Assembly: GCA_018646105.1 (NCBI GenBank)
Contig: JABGVJ010000013.1
Span: forward strand, 1,517 to 65,516
Direction of reading: 5' to 3'
Length of the DNA: 64,000 bases
Source: a bacterium
GTDB taxonomy: Bacteria; Margulisbacteria; Marinamargulisbacteria; JABGVJ01
A program made the translations under genes and the position numbers. How positions within the stretch are numbered: position 1 is the first letter of the stretch; the number at the start of each line of letters is the position of its first letter. Below the pieces are notes generated by a model. It was not told the DNA's origin and ran no database searches. It saw nothing but the letters and a program-made list of their open reading frames with translations. Shown here piece after piece: positions 41,403 through 51,612 of the stretch.

Positions 41403-42356
41403 ATGAAAAAATATCTTTTTTTAATTTTTATGTTAGTTTGTTTTTTTAATATTGTTTTAGCGGCAAACGATATAAAAATCAGTACAAAAGTTGTTAATGA
41501 ACGGCTAATTCCGGTAATTAATATAAATAATCAAATTGTTTTAGAGGTTTTGGATAAAGGTTCTTTTATTTCTTCCTTTGATCGGGCTGAACATATTTAT
41601 TCAGTATTAGTTGAGGTTGAAGAAAAAGGTTTGGCTTTAAAAAATATTCAGATTAGACGGTCTAAAAAAAATTATATTGGCGTCATAGATAAAATTCAGG
41701 TTTTTGAAATAAATCGAGGAGATAGTATAGCCTATAATATGTCTGCTTATAAATTGGCTACTCACTGGTTAGCCAATATAAAAAAAGCATTGGTTTTAAA
41801 AAAAGACGCGCAGGCTAAACAAATAAATTCAGATAACGAAATAGATGTGTTATTGCAAAAAAACTTTAAGGCTTCTGTGGTTAAAAAAACTAATAAAAAC
41901 ATGTTTCCTTTAATGGGAATCATCAATACTCTCGGTCGACTAAATGTGCTGGCTTTTTTACAATATCTAATTATTTTTGCGGTTATTCAAATGTTAATAT
42001 CTTTTGCTGTTTTCAAATATTTATCAAATAAAGATAAAAACAGAAATGAAGAATATTTAAAAATTCAAACAAAAGTAGAAAATTTACAAAATACCGTAAT
42101 TTACTTAAAAAAAGAACTGAAATTTATTTTAAGTGAAAAAGAAAATAAAAAAATAAATAGTAAGTCGGTTAAACAGCCAGCCCCTGCTAAGCAAGCTCAA
42201 AAAACAATACCAAAAGCACCTATTTTATCAAAATCAGATGAAATATATAGATTAGAAAAAGAAGGTAAAACAGCGTTAGAAATCTCAAAAGTCCTTAATA
42301 TTAGTTTGGGCGAGGTTGTTTTAAACCTTAATTTAAAAAAGAAAAAGAATGATTAA
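41403..42356 (+). CDS. hypothetical membrane protein with C-terminal HTH-like segment
   Basis: Signal peptide, internal TM, coiled coil, C-terminal TALEISKVLNISLGEVVLNL. Confidence 0.4.
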   Translation: MKKYLFLIFMLVCFFNIVLAANDIKISTKVVNERLIPVININNQIVLEVLDKGSFISSFDRAEHIYSVLVEVEEKGLALKNIQIRRSKKNYIGVIDKIQVFEINRGDSIAYNMSAYKLATHWLANIKKALVLKKDAQAKQINSDNEIDVLLQKNFKASVVKKTNKNMFPLMGIINTLGRLNVLAFLQYLIIFAVIQMLISFAVFKYLSNKDKNRNEEYLKIQTKVENLQNTVIYLKKELKFILSEKENKKINSKSVKQPAPAKQAQKTIPKAPILSKSDEIYRLEKEGKTALEISKVLNISLGEVVLNLNLKKKKND

Positions 42357-42957
42357 AGAAGTAACGGATATAAAAAATGTAGCTGAATTATTATCAAATG
42401 GGAAAATAGGAATATTTCCATTCGATACTATTTGGGGGATTACGGGCATAATTTCAGATGAAGTGGCTAACAAAATTCACTTAATAAAAAAAAGAGATGA
42501 AAAAAAACCATTTTTAATTGTTATTCCTAATGAAGCTTATTTAAAAAATTATATAACAAATATTCCAGAAAAATATCATAATTTCATTAAATCTTGTTGG
42601 CCGGGCCCAGTCACCTTAATTTTTAATAAAAATAAGAATGTGTCTAAAATAATAACTGGGGGGTTATCTACTATTGGCGTAAGATACCCGGCCTTTCCAG
42701 TCTTAAATGAATTATTAAATTCTTTAAAACAAGGATTAATTTCTACAAGCCTCAATATTTCCATGGAAAATCACGTAAATACGATAAAAAATATAAATCC
42801 TGAGATATTAGAAAAAGTGGATTTTATATACAAAATAGAAAAACCGCCAAGCTCCGCCCCGTCGACAATAGTGGATTGCACGGATTCAAGTCCGAAAATC
42901 TCAAGAGAAGGCGTAAATATAATGTTTATAAAAAATTATATAAAAAATCATTTTTAG
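42349..42957 (+). CDS. tsaC: L-threonylcarbamoyladenylate synthase (TsaC/YrdC)
   Basis: 202 aa; GKIGIFPFDTIWGI…HLIKKRDEKKPFLIV YrdC fold motifs. Confidence 0.8.
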   Translation: MIKEVTDIKNVAELLSNGKIGIFPFDTIWGITGIISDEVANKIHLIKKRDEKKPFLIVIPNEAYLKNYITNIPEKYHNFIKSCWPGPVTLIFNKNKNVSKIITGGLSTIGVRYPAFPVLNELLNSLKQGLISTSLNISMENHVNTIKNINPEILEKVDFIYKIEKPPSSAPSTIVDCTDSSPKISREGVNIMFIKNYIKNHF

Positions 42958-42966
42958 GAGAACACA

Positions 42967-43440
42967 ATGAGAATTGGAAATGGTTACGACGTACACCAAT
43001 TAACACTCGGAAGAAAACTTATGCTTGGGGGCGTTGAAATACCGCACACAAGGGGATTATTGGGGCATAGTGATGCAGATGTATTAACACATGCTATAAT
43101 GGACGCCCTGCTGGGCGCTTTAGCACTAGGGAATATAGGGGATCATTTTCCAGATACAGATAAAATTTATAAAGATATTTCTAGTTTAAAATTATTAAAG
43201 AAAGTTCATTCTTTAATAATAAGTAAAGGTTACATTATATCCAACATAGACTCTATAATCGTAGCTCAATCGCCAAAATTAAAACCGTTTATTTTTGAAA
43301 TGCGCAAACAAATCAGCAATATATTAGAAATAGACTTGGATTTAATCTCAATAAAAGCTACGACTACAGAAAATTTAGGTTTCGCAGGTCGGGCTGAAGG
43401 AATTGCCGCCTATGCTGTAACTTTATTGAAAAAATGTTAA
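42967..43440 (+). CDS. ispF: 2-C-methyl-D-erythritol 2,4-cyclodiphosphate synthase
   Basis: MRIGNGYDVHQL…GHSDADVLTHAIMDALLGA conserved IspF motifs. Confidence 0.9.
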   Translation: MRIGNGYDVHQLTLGRKLMLGGVEIPHTRGLLGHSDADVLTHAIMDALLGALALGNIGDHFPDTDKIYKDISSLKLLKKVHSLIISKGYIISNIDSIIVAQSPKLKPFIFEMRKQISNILEIDLDLISIKATTTENLGFAGRAEGIAAYAVTLLKKC

Positions 43441-44213
43441 TTCAAAGTAAAGATAATCAGAAATTAAAATTAGCTAAACTTCTTTTTTCCAGCAAAAAAA
43501 ACATTAAAAAAACAAATTTTTTTATAATTGATAATATCAAATTAATTAAAGAAATACACTTAAAATCACCCGAACAACTTGCCTACATATTAGTTTGCGA
43601 AAAAACAAATTTAGACTCTTTGGTTTTTAACAATCCTACTAAAATACATTTTATTGAAAAAAACATATTCAAAAGCTCATTTACAGACAAAACAAAAGAA
43701 TCAGTATTGGCGGTTTGTAAAGTAAAAAAGCCTGATTACTTAGCGATATTACCAAAATTAAAAAACATTTTGATCCTGGATCAAATATCAATTCCTCAAA
43801 ATTTTGGAGCCATCATAAGAACAGCCGCTGCCTTCAATATTGATGCCGTTTTTTATACCAAAGGAACCACTTTTTATTATAACCCTCAAACAATACGCGC
43901 CGCTGCTGGTTATATTTTTGAAATTCCTATATTAGAATTAAATAAGGACACTTTAATCTTTTTACAAGAAAAAAGCTTTGTTTTTTACGTTTTAGATATA
44001 GCTGCAAAAGAATATTTACAAGATGTAAATTTTAGTAAAAAGAACGCTTTTGTTTTAGGGTCAGAAGGAAATGGCATTATTTCAAATGATTTAAAAAATG
44101 ATTTGAAGACTAAAAAAATAAAAATTCCTATGAAAAACAAGGTTGAGTCCTTAAACGTGGCTGTAACAGCAGGAATCCTGCTTTACCATCTTTTTTTTAA
44201 AAAAATAATTTAA
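43434..44213 (+). CDS. TrmH/SpoU-family RNA 2'-O-methyltransferase
   Basis: SPOUT motifs NFGAIIRTAAAF, VLGSEGNG, ESLNVAVTAGILLY. Confidence 0.8.
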   Translation: MLIQSKDNQKLKLAKLLFSSKKNIKKTNFFIIDNIKLIKEIHLKSPEQLAYILVCEKTNLDSLVFNNPTKIHFIEKNIFKSSFTDKTKESVLAVCKVKKPDYLAILPKLKNILILDQISIPQNFGAIIRTAAAFNIDAVFYTKGTTFYYNPQTIRAAAGYIFEIPILELNKDTLIFLQEKSFVFYVLDIAAKEYLQDVNFSKKNAFVLGSEGNGIISNDLKNDLKTKKIKIPMKNKVESLNVAVTAGILLYHLFFKKII

Positions 44214-45031
44214 TCTAAAACGCTAAGAATTCTTTCAAATTCAGCCTTGGATTTATAATAAATTTCTATTCTTCCTCTTGTTTCTTTACCTGAAATTTTA
44301 ATTTTTGTAGAAAACTTACTGGCTAAGTTTTTTACAAATTTAGTAAAAATCTTATCTACTGCTTTTTTTTGCTTTTTTTGGGTTACTAAAGCCTCTGTCT
44401 CTCTAACATTTAAATTATTTACGGCTATTTTTTTTAAGATCTTATATATAAGATCTTCGCTCTCAAGAGAAAGAAGAGATCGCGCATGCCCCTCTGTTAA
44501 ACTACCGTTAATAATTTCTCTCTTTATGGATTCTGGGAGATTAAGCATTCTTAAAGTATTAGTAATCGCCGAGCGGCTTTTTCCAAAAATACCAGCTAAA
44601 TCGTTATGGGACAAATTAAATTCTTGAATTAGTTTTTCATATCCATAAGCAATTTCTATACAATTTAAATCTTCTCTTTGTAAATTTTCAATTAATGCCA
44701 ATTGAATAGAATCTCTATCGGAAACATTTTTAATAATAGTAGGAATAGTATCTTTACCCGCTAAAAGACTCGCCTTATACCTTCTTTCTCCAGCTATTAA
44801 CTCATAACCATCTTCTTTTTTTCTAACCAAAATGGGCTGGCAGATACCATATGTTTTAATAGATTCTGCTAAAGACTGAATAGCTTTTTCATCAAAATAT
44901 TGCCTGGGCTGATATTTATTTGGGCATATTTCCTTTATTGGTATATTAGTAATAGTTTTTCCGGATGATAAAAAATTTCGAGGAATTAAGGCCTCTAATC
45001 CTTTTCCTAATTTTGGTTTATTGTTTGACAC
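44210..45031 (-). CDS. parB: chromosome partitioning protein ParB
   Basis: ParB box LIAGERRYKAS, HTH, 273 aa; coupled with parA. Confidence 0.9.
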   Translation of the reverse strand: MSNNKPKLGKGLEALIPRNFLSSGKTITNIPIKEICPNKYQPRQYFDEKAIQSLAESIKTYGICQPILVRKKEDGYELIAGERRYKASLLAGKDTIPTIIKNVSDRDSIQLALIENLQREDLNCIEIAYGYEKLIQEFNLSHNDLAGIFGKSRSAITNTLRMLNLPESIKREIINGSLTEGHARSLLSLESEDLIYKILKKIAVNNLNVRETEALVTQKKQKKAVDKIFTKFVKNLASKFSTKIKISGKETRGRIEIYYKSKAEFERILSVLD

Positions 45032-45791
45032 GCTGTAATACCTCCTTTGTTAAATTAAAATAAGCCGTAGCTCCTGAACTATTTGGATTATACAAAGAAA
45101 TAGGCAGCCCATGACTTGGTGCCTCTGTTAATTTGATATTTCTAGGTATAATTGTTTCAAAGATTAAATCACCAAAAAATTCTTTAGCATTTTTGATAAT
45201 ATGCTTGTTCAAGACTGTTCTTTTATCAAACATCGTTAATAAAATCCCTAATAATTGTAAGTTTTCATTTAAATTTTCTTGTATAAGCTGGACTGTTTTT
45301 AATAAATTAGCAATTCCCTCTAAAGCAAAATATTCGCACTGCAACGGTATTAAGGTATGAGTTGAAGCCACTAGCGCATTCACAGTCAACAGACCTATGG
45401 ATGGCGGGCAATCAATAATAATAATGTCATAATATTTTTTGATTTTTTCAAGGCTATTTATTAAGCATGTTTCACGTGAAACAACGTCTACTAATTCTAT
45501 CTCGGCCCCTGAAAGATCTTTAGAGGAAGGAATTAGGTTTAAATGGTTGAAAACAGTTGGATAGAGACATTCTGTTATTGGGGTTTGTCTAATTAAAACA
45601 TCGTAAATTGTCTTTTTTATTTTTTTTTTGTCTAAGCCGACACCTGAAGTAGCGTTGGCCTGTGGATCTAAATCAATTAAAAGTGTTTTGTGCTTTTTTT
45701 CACTTAAATATGAAGCTAGATTTATAGAAGTGGTGGTTTTTCCCACCCCTCCTTTTTGGTTAACAATTGAGATAATAATTGGGTTATTCAT
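45018..45791 (-). CDS. parA: chromosome partitioning ATPase ParA
   Basis: Deviant Walker A KGGVGKTTTSINLA; start moved to internal Met (MNNPIIISIVNQKGG), N-terminal 41 codons of ORF-track unlikely. Confidence 0.9.
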   Translation of the reverse strand: MNNPIIISIVNQKGGVGKTTTSINLASYLSEKKHKTLLIDLDPQANATSGVGLDKKKIKKTIYDVLIRQTPITECLYPTVFNHLNLIPSSKDLSGAEIELVDVVSRETCLINSLEKIKKYYDIIIIDCPPSIGLLTVNALVASTHTLIPLQCEYFALEGIANLLKTVQLIQENLNENLQLLGILLTMFDKRTVLNKHIIKNAKEFFGDLIFETIIPRNIKLTEAPSHGLPISLYNPNSSGATAYFNLTKEVLQRVKQ

Positions 45792-45998
45792 AGCTGTAAA
45801 AGTATAGCATAGTTTTAAATTTACTAAAATAATTAGTCCGTTGTTATTTTTAAATTTTTGAGGTTCAACCCTCTCTTTTTTCGCACATGTTACCACAAAA
45901 GCAGATTCGCACATGCTCTTATTTAATCTTTTTTATAGAATTTTAGGGAAAGCTTTTATATAATACAAATTATATGCTTTTATAAAAAGGAGAATTAA

Positions 45999-47558
45999 AT
46001 GACAGCTACTATAAAAATTCATGAAAAAGATTTAGATAAAACTGAGGTTTATAGAAAGTTAATTTTATTAACTAAAAAGCGCGTAGATTTAAAAAAAATA
46101 TTAACTAAAAAGCGAATAGAAAAATGTATTATAAAAACTCCTTTATTGGGTTTTTCTTTTGCTGCATCTTTAATTAACGACGAGATTTTAAAGCTTTTGC
46201 AAAAATTAGCAGATGAACAAATGGTTGTAGAAAAATATCAACAAATTCTAAACGGATCTATAATGAATGTTGGTGAAAAGAGAGCTGTTTTACACCATAA
46301 AACTAGATCAAAAAAACGCGGGTTTTATGGTAAAGAACAAAAAAAAATAGCTGCTTTTACAAAAAAAATCCATACGGGGACAATAAAAGGCGCTACAGAT
46401 AAAAAATTTGAGACCGTGGTGCAAATAGGTATCGGTGGGTCGGATTTGGGCCCCAGGGCGTTATGTCTCGCTCTAGAGAAAAGCTGTCAGCATGACGCGC
46501 TTTTGAAAGCGAGGTTCATTGCCAATGTTGATCCGGATGATGCTCACCAAGTTTTAAATTCTATTGATTTTGAAAAAACGCTTTTTATTGTAGTTTCTAA
46601 AAGCGGAACTACTCAGGAAACGTTGACTAACTTAAATATCATACGTAAAAAATTCTTAGAAATTGGTTATAAAAAAGAAAATTTAAAAAAACATTTTATT
46701 GCGGTTACGGGAAAAGGAAGTCCTTTGGATAATCCTCAAAAATATTTAGCTTCCTTTTATATTGATGATTGTATAGGCGGGAGATATTCTTCAACCAGTG
46801 CAGTAGGAGGAGCTATTTTAAGCTTAGCTTTTGGGGCTCCTGTTTTTGAGAAATTATTAAAAGGGGCTTTTGTTTTAGATGAAAATGCTAACAAACGAAA
46901 TATAATGGAAAACATGTCTTTAATGGCCGCCTTAATCGGTGTTTGGGAGCGCTCTTTTTTAGGATTGCCTTCAAAGGCAATTATTCCTTACAGCGAGGCC
47001 TTAAGCCGGTTTCCTGCTCATTTACAGCAACTAGACTGTGAAAGCAATGGTAAAAGTGTAAATATTAATTTCAAAAAAATTAATTATCAAACAGGGCCTA
47101 TGATTTTTGGAGAACCCGGTACTAATGGGCAGCATTCTTTTTTTCAAAAATTACATCAGGGTTCTGATGTTATTCCAATACAATTTATTGGTTTTAAACA
47201 CGCCCAAATTAATAAAGATAAGATATATATGCGCTCTACTAGTCAAAAAAAACTTATTTCTAATCTGGTAGCTCAAATAGCGGCTTTTGCTCTGGGTAAA
47301 TATGATGAAAATGAGAATAAAAATTTTTCAGGGAACCGCCCTAGTAGTTTGATTTTTGCAGATAAACTAACTCCTTATACATTAGGTGCTCTTTTAGCTT
47401 TTTATGAAAACATAGTAATGTTTCAGTCTTTTATCTGGAACATAAATGCTTTTGACCAAGAAGGTGTGCAGTTGGGTAAAATTTTAACAAAAAAAATTCT
47501 AGCCACGGAACATTGTGATGATGAAATACTAAATTCTTTAATGGCTATTTTTCAATGA
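45999..47558 (+). CDS. pgi: glucose-6-phosphate isomerase
   Basis: 519 aa; IGIGGSDLGP and SKSGTTQET PGI signatures. Confidence 0.9.
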   Translation: MTATIKIHEKDLDKTEVYRKLILLTKKRVDLKKILTKKRIEKCIIKTPLLGFSFAASLINDEILKLLQKLADEQMVVEKYQQILNGSIMNVGEKRAVLHHKTRSKKRGFYGKEQKKIAAFTKKIHTGTIKGATDKKFETVVQIGIGGSDLGPRALCLALEKSCQHDALLKARFIANVDPDDAHQVLNSIDFEKTLFIVVSKSGTTQETLTNLNIIRKKFLEIGYKKENLKKHFIAVTGKGSPLDNPQKYLASFYIDDCIGGRYSSTSAVGGAILSLAFGAPVFEKLLKGAFVLDENANKRNIMENMSLMAALIGVWERSFLGLPSKAIIPYSEALSRFPAHLQQLDCESNGKSVNINFKKINYQTGPMIFGEPGTNGQHSFFQKLHQGSDVIPIQFIGFKHAQINKDKIYMRSTSQKKLISNLVAQIAAFALGKYDENENKNFSGNRPSSLIFADKLTPYTLGALLAFYENIVMFQSFIWNINAFDQEGVQLGKILTKKILATEHCDDEILNSLMAIFQ

Positions 47559-47982
47559 TAATTGTAATAGGGCCGTCATTGATAATCGTTACCTTCATGT
47601 CGGCGCCAAATACACCTGTTTTAACTTTAGTATGAAAGCCGGTTAGCTGTTGAACCATATAATCGTAAAGCGGTTCAGCTATAGAGGGCGGCGCGGCCTG
47701 AACAAAACTAGGTCGACAACCTTTTTGACAATTGCCGTATAAAGTAAATTGAGAGATTAGTAAAAGCTCACCCTCTATTTGTTTTAAACTTAAATTCATT
47801 TTGCTGTTTTCATCGCTAAAAATTCTGAGGTTTAATAATTTTTGCAAGCAATAATCTGTAGTTGTATGGGTATCATTATGTGTAATACCTACTAAAACTA
47901 ATAACCCTTTGTTTATTTGGGCATGTATTTTATGGTCGATTGCTACCGATGCGTGCTTTACTCTTTGGACAACTAATCTCAT
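47545..47982 (-). CDS. dtd: D-aminoacyl-tRNA deacylase
   Basis: MRLVVQRV…SQFTLYG…GVFGADM…NDGP motifs; 145 aa. Confidence 0.9.
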   Translation of the reverse strand: MRLVVQRVKHASVAIDHKIHAQINKGLLVLVGITHNDTHTTTDYCLQKLLNLRIFSDENSKMNLSLKQIEGELLLISQFTLYGNCQKGCRPSFVQAAPPSIAEPLYDYMVQQLTGFHTKVKTGVFGADMKVTIINDGPITIIIEK

Positions 47983-48152
47983 CTAAATAATCCTCTTCTG
48001 TTTTTATATTAAAGTGACAGGCTTCTTGTTTATTGGCTTGTTACTAAGCCGTAAGACACTGTATTTTTTTATTATATAATAATTTACAAAAGTTTGTTTT
48101 GTATAGTATTATTAGCCAACATTGAAATCAATGTTTAGTATAAACCTAATAA

Positions 48153-48351
48153 TTATCCACAATTATTAGATCTTATTGTTGATAAACTTGTTGACAACCT
48201 TGTTAATAACTTTTTTTCGTGAGTAATTACTATTTAGTTAATATTTTTTGTGGGTTAGATTTCCTTATAATATATTAAACTTTACCAAAAAAAAGAGCGC
48301 TCGGTTAATTTTATTTTGTTTTTATTTTTTTTGTGGATAATTTGTGGATAA
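48153..48351. promoter_or_regulatory. DnaA-box cluster upstream of dnaA (putative oriC half / dnaA autoregulatory region)
   Basis: Perfect TTATCCACA at 48153-48161; two perfect TGTGGATAA at 48332-48340 and 48343-48351; three tandem 12-bp degenerate boxes TTGTTGATAAAC / TTGTTGACAACC / TTGTTAATAAC at 48176-48210. Confidence 0.6.
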
Positions 48352-48377
48352 TATAATAAAACAGGTGGTTTTTTACG

Positions 48378-49703
48378 ATGAATACGGTTTGGAATTCAAT
48401 TGTTACGGTTTTAAAAGAAAAGCTTTCGGATCCTAATTTTCAAATATTTTATAGTTCTACAAAACCTATTAATTATTTAGAAAACATTCTGACTTTAAAG
48501 GTAGACAGTCAGTTTTCTAAAGCATGGGTTATGGAAAAATGTGATCCATTAATTAAGGTTTTTTTTAAAGACACTGAATATGAAAATATAGTGCTAAATA
48601 TTATAGTAGAAGAACCACAAGAAGAAGAGCCCGCGGCTTTACCTCTTTTTAAGCGGCCCGTTTCTAATGTTTCTAATAGACTAAACCCTAAGTTTTCTTT
48701 TGAAAATTTTATAGCTGGTAATAATAATAGATTTGCACACGCCGCGGCCATGGCTGTAGCTAAAAGTCCAGCTAAAGCTTATAACCCTTTGTTTATCTAT
48801 GGTCCGGTTGGTATAGGTAAAACCCACCTTTTACACGCTATTTGTTGGTATTTAATAAAAATTAATCCTGGTATAAAAGTAAAAATCGTTACTTCTGAAA
48901 AGTTTACGAACGAACTGATTAATTCCATAAAAGATAGAAATGTGAAAAATTTCAAAAATAATTATAGAAATATAGATGTATTGCTAGTTGATGATATACA
49001 ATTTTTAGCGGGAAAAGAAACGACTCAAGAAGAGTTCTTTCATACATTTAATGAATTACATGGAAACAATAAACAAATCGTTATGACGTCGGATAGACCG
49101 CCTAAAGATATTCCCACATTACAAGATAGGTTACGAACCAGATTTACCTGGGGGTTAATTGCGGATATACAACCACCGGAACTAGAAACACGTATTGCTA
49201 TTTTAAAAAAAATCACAGAGATAAATAATATTATTATTTCTGATGAAATTTTACACTTTGTAGCAACTCAAATCCCTAGTAATGTAAGGGAACTAGAAGG
49301 CGCCTTAACGCGTATAGTGGCTTATTCATCTTTATTGAACACCGAGGCGACTCTTTCTATAGCAAGTAATGTAATACGAGATATAGTAACAATAAAACAA
49401 GAAAGACCATTAACGATTAGTTTAATAAAAAGAAAAGCTTGTGATTATTTTAATATAGACTTTGATAGATTATCTTCAAAAAACAGAACAAGGGATTTGG
49501 CATATGCGAGACAAATAGCTATGTACTTAGCAAGAGAACTAACTAATGTTTCTTTACCTAAAATTGGTGAGAATTTTGGAAACCGTGACCATACAACAGT
49601 AATGCATGCTTGTGATAAAATAAAAAATTTAATAGATACTGACAGTAATACAAAAAATATTATTAATATATTAATTTCATCTATTAAAAATGCGGGAGCT
49701 TAA
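48378..49703 (+). CDS. dnaA: chromosomal replication initiator protein DnaA
   Basis: 441 aa; AAA+ Walker A GPVGIGKTHLL, LLVDDIQFL, C-terminal DNA-binding domain. Confidence 0.95.
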   Translation: MNTVWNSIVTVLKEKLSDPNFQIFYSSTKPINYLENILTLKVDSQFSKAWVMEKCDPLIKVFFKDTEYENIVLNIIVEEPQEEEPAALPLFKRPVSNVSNRLNPKFSFENFIAGNNNRFAHAAAMAVAKSPAKAYNPLFIYGPVGIGKTHLLHAICWYLIKINPGIKVKIVTSEKFTNELINSIKDRNVKNFKNNYRNIDVLLVDDIQFLAGKETTQEEFFHTFNELHGNNKQIVMTSDRPPKDIPTLQDRLRTRFTWGLIADIQPPELETRIAILKKITEINNIIISDEILHFVATQIPSNVRELEGALTRIVAYSSLLNTEATLSIASNVIRDIVTIKQERPLTISLIKRKACDYFNIDFDRLSSKNRTRDLAYARQIAMYLARELTNVSLPKIGENFGNRDHTTVMHACDKIKNLIDTDSNTKNIINILISSIKNAGA

Positions 49704-49732
49704 TTAGCTTCTACGCTGTTTAGATATTAAGG

Positions 49733-49950
49733 TTGTTGATTAGTTGTTGATTAGTTGTTAATAAATTGTTGATAAATTGTTAAAATAATCATATAAAAAG
49801 AAAGTGGTTTGAGTTATCCTCAAATTATAAAATCTAAAAAAGGGGTTTTTAAGTTTAAAAGAGAGGTTATCCACATATTAACAGCTCTTACTAATACAAT
49901 ATATAATATAATTATTAATTAATAGTAGTTATATATAATAAATAAAGGAG
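49733..49950. promoter_or_regulatory. DnaA-box array plus AT-rich unwinding-like region between dnaA and dnaN (putative oriC)
   Basis: Five head-to-tail 11-bp repeats TTGTTGATTAG x2, TTGTTAATAAA, TTGTTGATAAA, TTGTTAAAATA (49733-49787); TTATCCTCA (49814-49822); perfect TTATCCACA (49867-49875); then >70 bp of nearly pure A/T (49880-49950). Confidence 0.6.
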
Positions 49951-49958
49951 GTATTTAA

Positions 49959-51101
49959 ATGAAATTTAAGTGTTCTAGTTCTTTGTTACAAAAAGGGGTT
50001 AATATCGTTGAGAAAGCGGTTTCTCAGAAAACCAATTTACCTATAATGGAAAATATTTTTATGGAGTTAAAAGATCATAAATTGAAAATGATGGGTAATG
50101 ATTTGGAATTAGGTATCGAGTATTTTATTTCTATCGAAAACATAGAACAGGAAGGGGCTGTTTTATTAAAAGCCAAGACAATTAGTAGTATTGTTTCTAA
50201 GTTAGATAACCAGCTACTTAGTTTACAAGTTGATGAAAATAAAAAAATTATTATTAATGCTGATAAAGTGGATTTTAATATTCTTGGTACTGATGTGTCT
50301 GAATATCCTGTTTTCCCGCAGGTTGAAGAGGGCCTTTCTTTTGAGCTTGAAGTTCGTGATTTAAAAGAATTACTTAAATACACTATTTTTGCGGTTTCTT
50401 TTGATGAAACTAAGGAATTTCTAAATGGTATTTTAATAAAAAATGAAGAGGATTATTTGTATTTTGTTTCTACAGATGGGTATCGACTTTCTTTGAAGAG
50501 AAAAAAAATAACTAAACCAGCTACTGATTTTTCCGCAATAGTTCCTTTTAGAGTCATGAATGAATTGTATAAAATTTTACAAAATATAGATCCTGATGCG
50601 AAAATTAAACTTAATATTTCAACTAATCAGGTGTCGTTTATGATGGATGGTTTTTTATTGGTATCTAGGGTTATCCAGGGAACTTTTCCTGATTATAAAC
50701 AGGTTTTACCTAAAGAATTTGATAATGTCATTACGGTCGGTAGAAGAAATTTTATTCAAGCGGCAGAAAGAGCGTCTATTATAGCTTCCGTTTCTAATAA
50801 TGTGGTTAAATTGATTTTTAGCGATGTTTTAGAAATTAAGGCGAACGCTCCTAAAATGGGTGGTTTTAATGAAGAAATTAATATTACCAATCAAAACATA
50901 AAGGGTATAGATAATTTAAAGGTAGCTTTTAATGTTAGACTTCTTTTAGATGTAATGAAAACTCTAGAAGCTGATGATGTTTTGATCGAAGTTAATGATG
51001 AGTTAAAACCATGTGTAATTAGATCTGTTGCTGATGAAGACTATACTTATATTATTATGCCTATAAGAACAAGTGACTATAAGAATGAAGATGATTCTTA
51101 A
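49959..51101 (+). CDS. dnaN: DNA polymerase III beta sliding clamp
   Basis: 380 aa, three-domain clamp organisation, position after dnaA. Confidence 0.9.
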   Translation: MKFKCSSSLLQKGVNIVEKAVSQKTNLPIMENIFMELKDHKLKMMGNDLELGIEYFISIENIEQEGAVLLKAKTISSIVSKLDNQLLSLQVDENKKIIINADKVDFNILGTDVSEYPVFPQVEEGLSFELEVRDLKELLKYTIFAVSFDETKEFLNGILIKNEEDYLYFVSTDGYRLSLKRKKITKPATDFSAIVPFRVMNELYKILQNIDPDAKIKLNISTNQVSFMMDGFLLVSRVIQGTFPDYKQVLPKEFDNVITVGRRNFIQAAERASIIASVSNNVVKLIFSDVLEIKANAPKMGGFNEEINITNQNIKGIDNLKVAFNVRLLLDVMKTLEADDVLIEVNDELKPCVIRSVADEDYTYIIMPIRTSDYKNEDDS

Positions 51102-51114
51102 ATAAGATTTTGTA

Positions 51115-51588
51115 ATGCAGTATATTTTTGAGATATTAAAAAAAAATAGTAAGTATAAAACTATTACCAAAGATTTAGAACGAGGAATTGTAATTAAGAA
51201 GAATTGGGAAGGTCTTTTTGGTAAATTAGCATCTGAATTAAAGTATGGTTATTTAAAAAAGGGCTTGTTGGTCATAGAATCCAGAAATCAAATGTGGGTA
51301 AATGAAATAGATTTTTATAAAAACGATTTATTAAAAAAGATTAATAGTTTGTTTGCTAGAAAGGTCGTTTATAATTTAAAAATTGTTTTTGGTTTTTCTG
51401 CGGACGAGGTTTTTACTCCAACAACTAAAGTGAAAAATACAAGTATTTCTCTACATGAAAAGGTTTTAAAAAAAATACAACTGAAAAGAAAAGCCGGTTA
51501 TAAAGTTTGTAAGGTGTGTAAAATTAATTTAACAAGTAATGAGATTTGTGTTTTGTGTAAAATAAAAACAAACAGACCCATTAGGTAA
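51115..51588 (+). CDS. DUF721 (DciA-like) protein with C-terminal Cys4 zinc ribbon
   Basis: Position immediately after dnaN typical for DUF721; C-terminal CKVCK…CVLCK. Confidence 0.55.
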   Translation: MQYIFEILKKNSKYKTITKDLERGIVIKKNWEGLFGKLASELKYGYLKKGLLVIESRNQMWVNEIDFYKNDLLKKINSLFARKVVYNLKIVFGFSADEVFTPTTKVKNTSISLHEKVLKKIQLKRKAGYKVCKVCKINLTSNEICVLCKIKTNRPIR

Positions 51589-51612
51589 TTGAGAAATTTT
51601 AGGGGCTATTTT

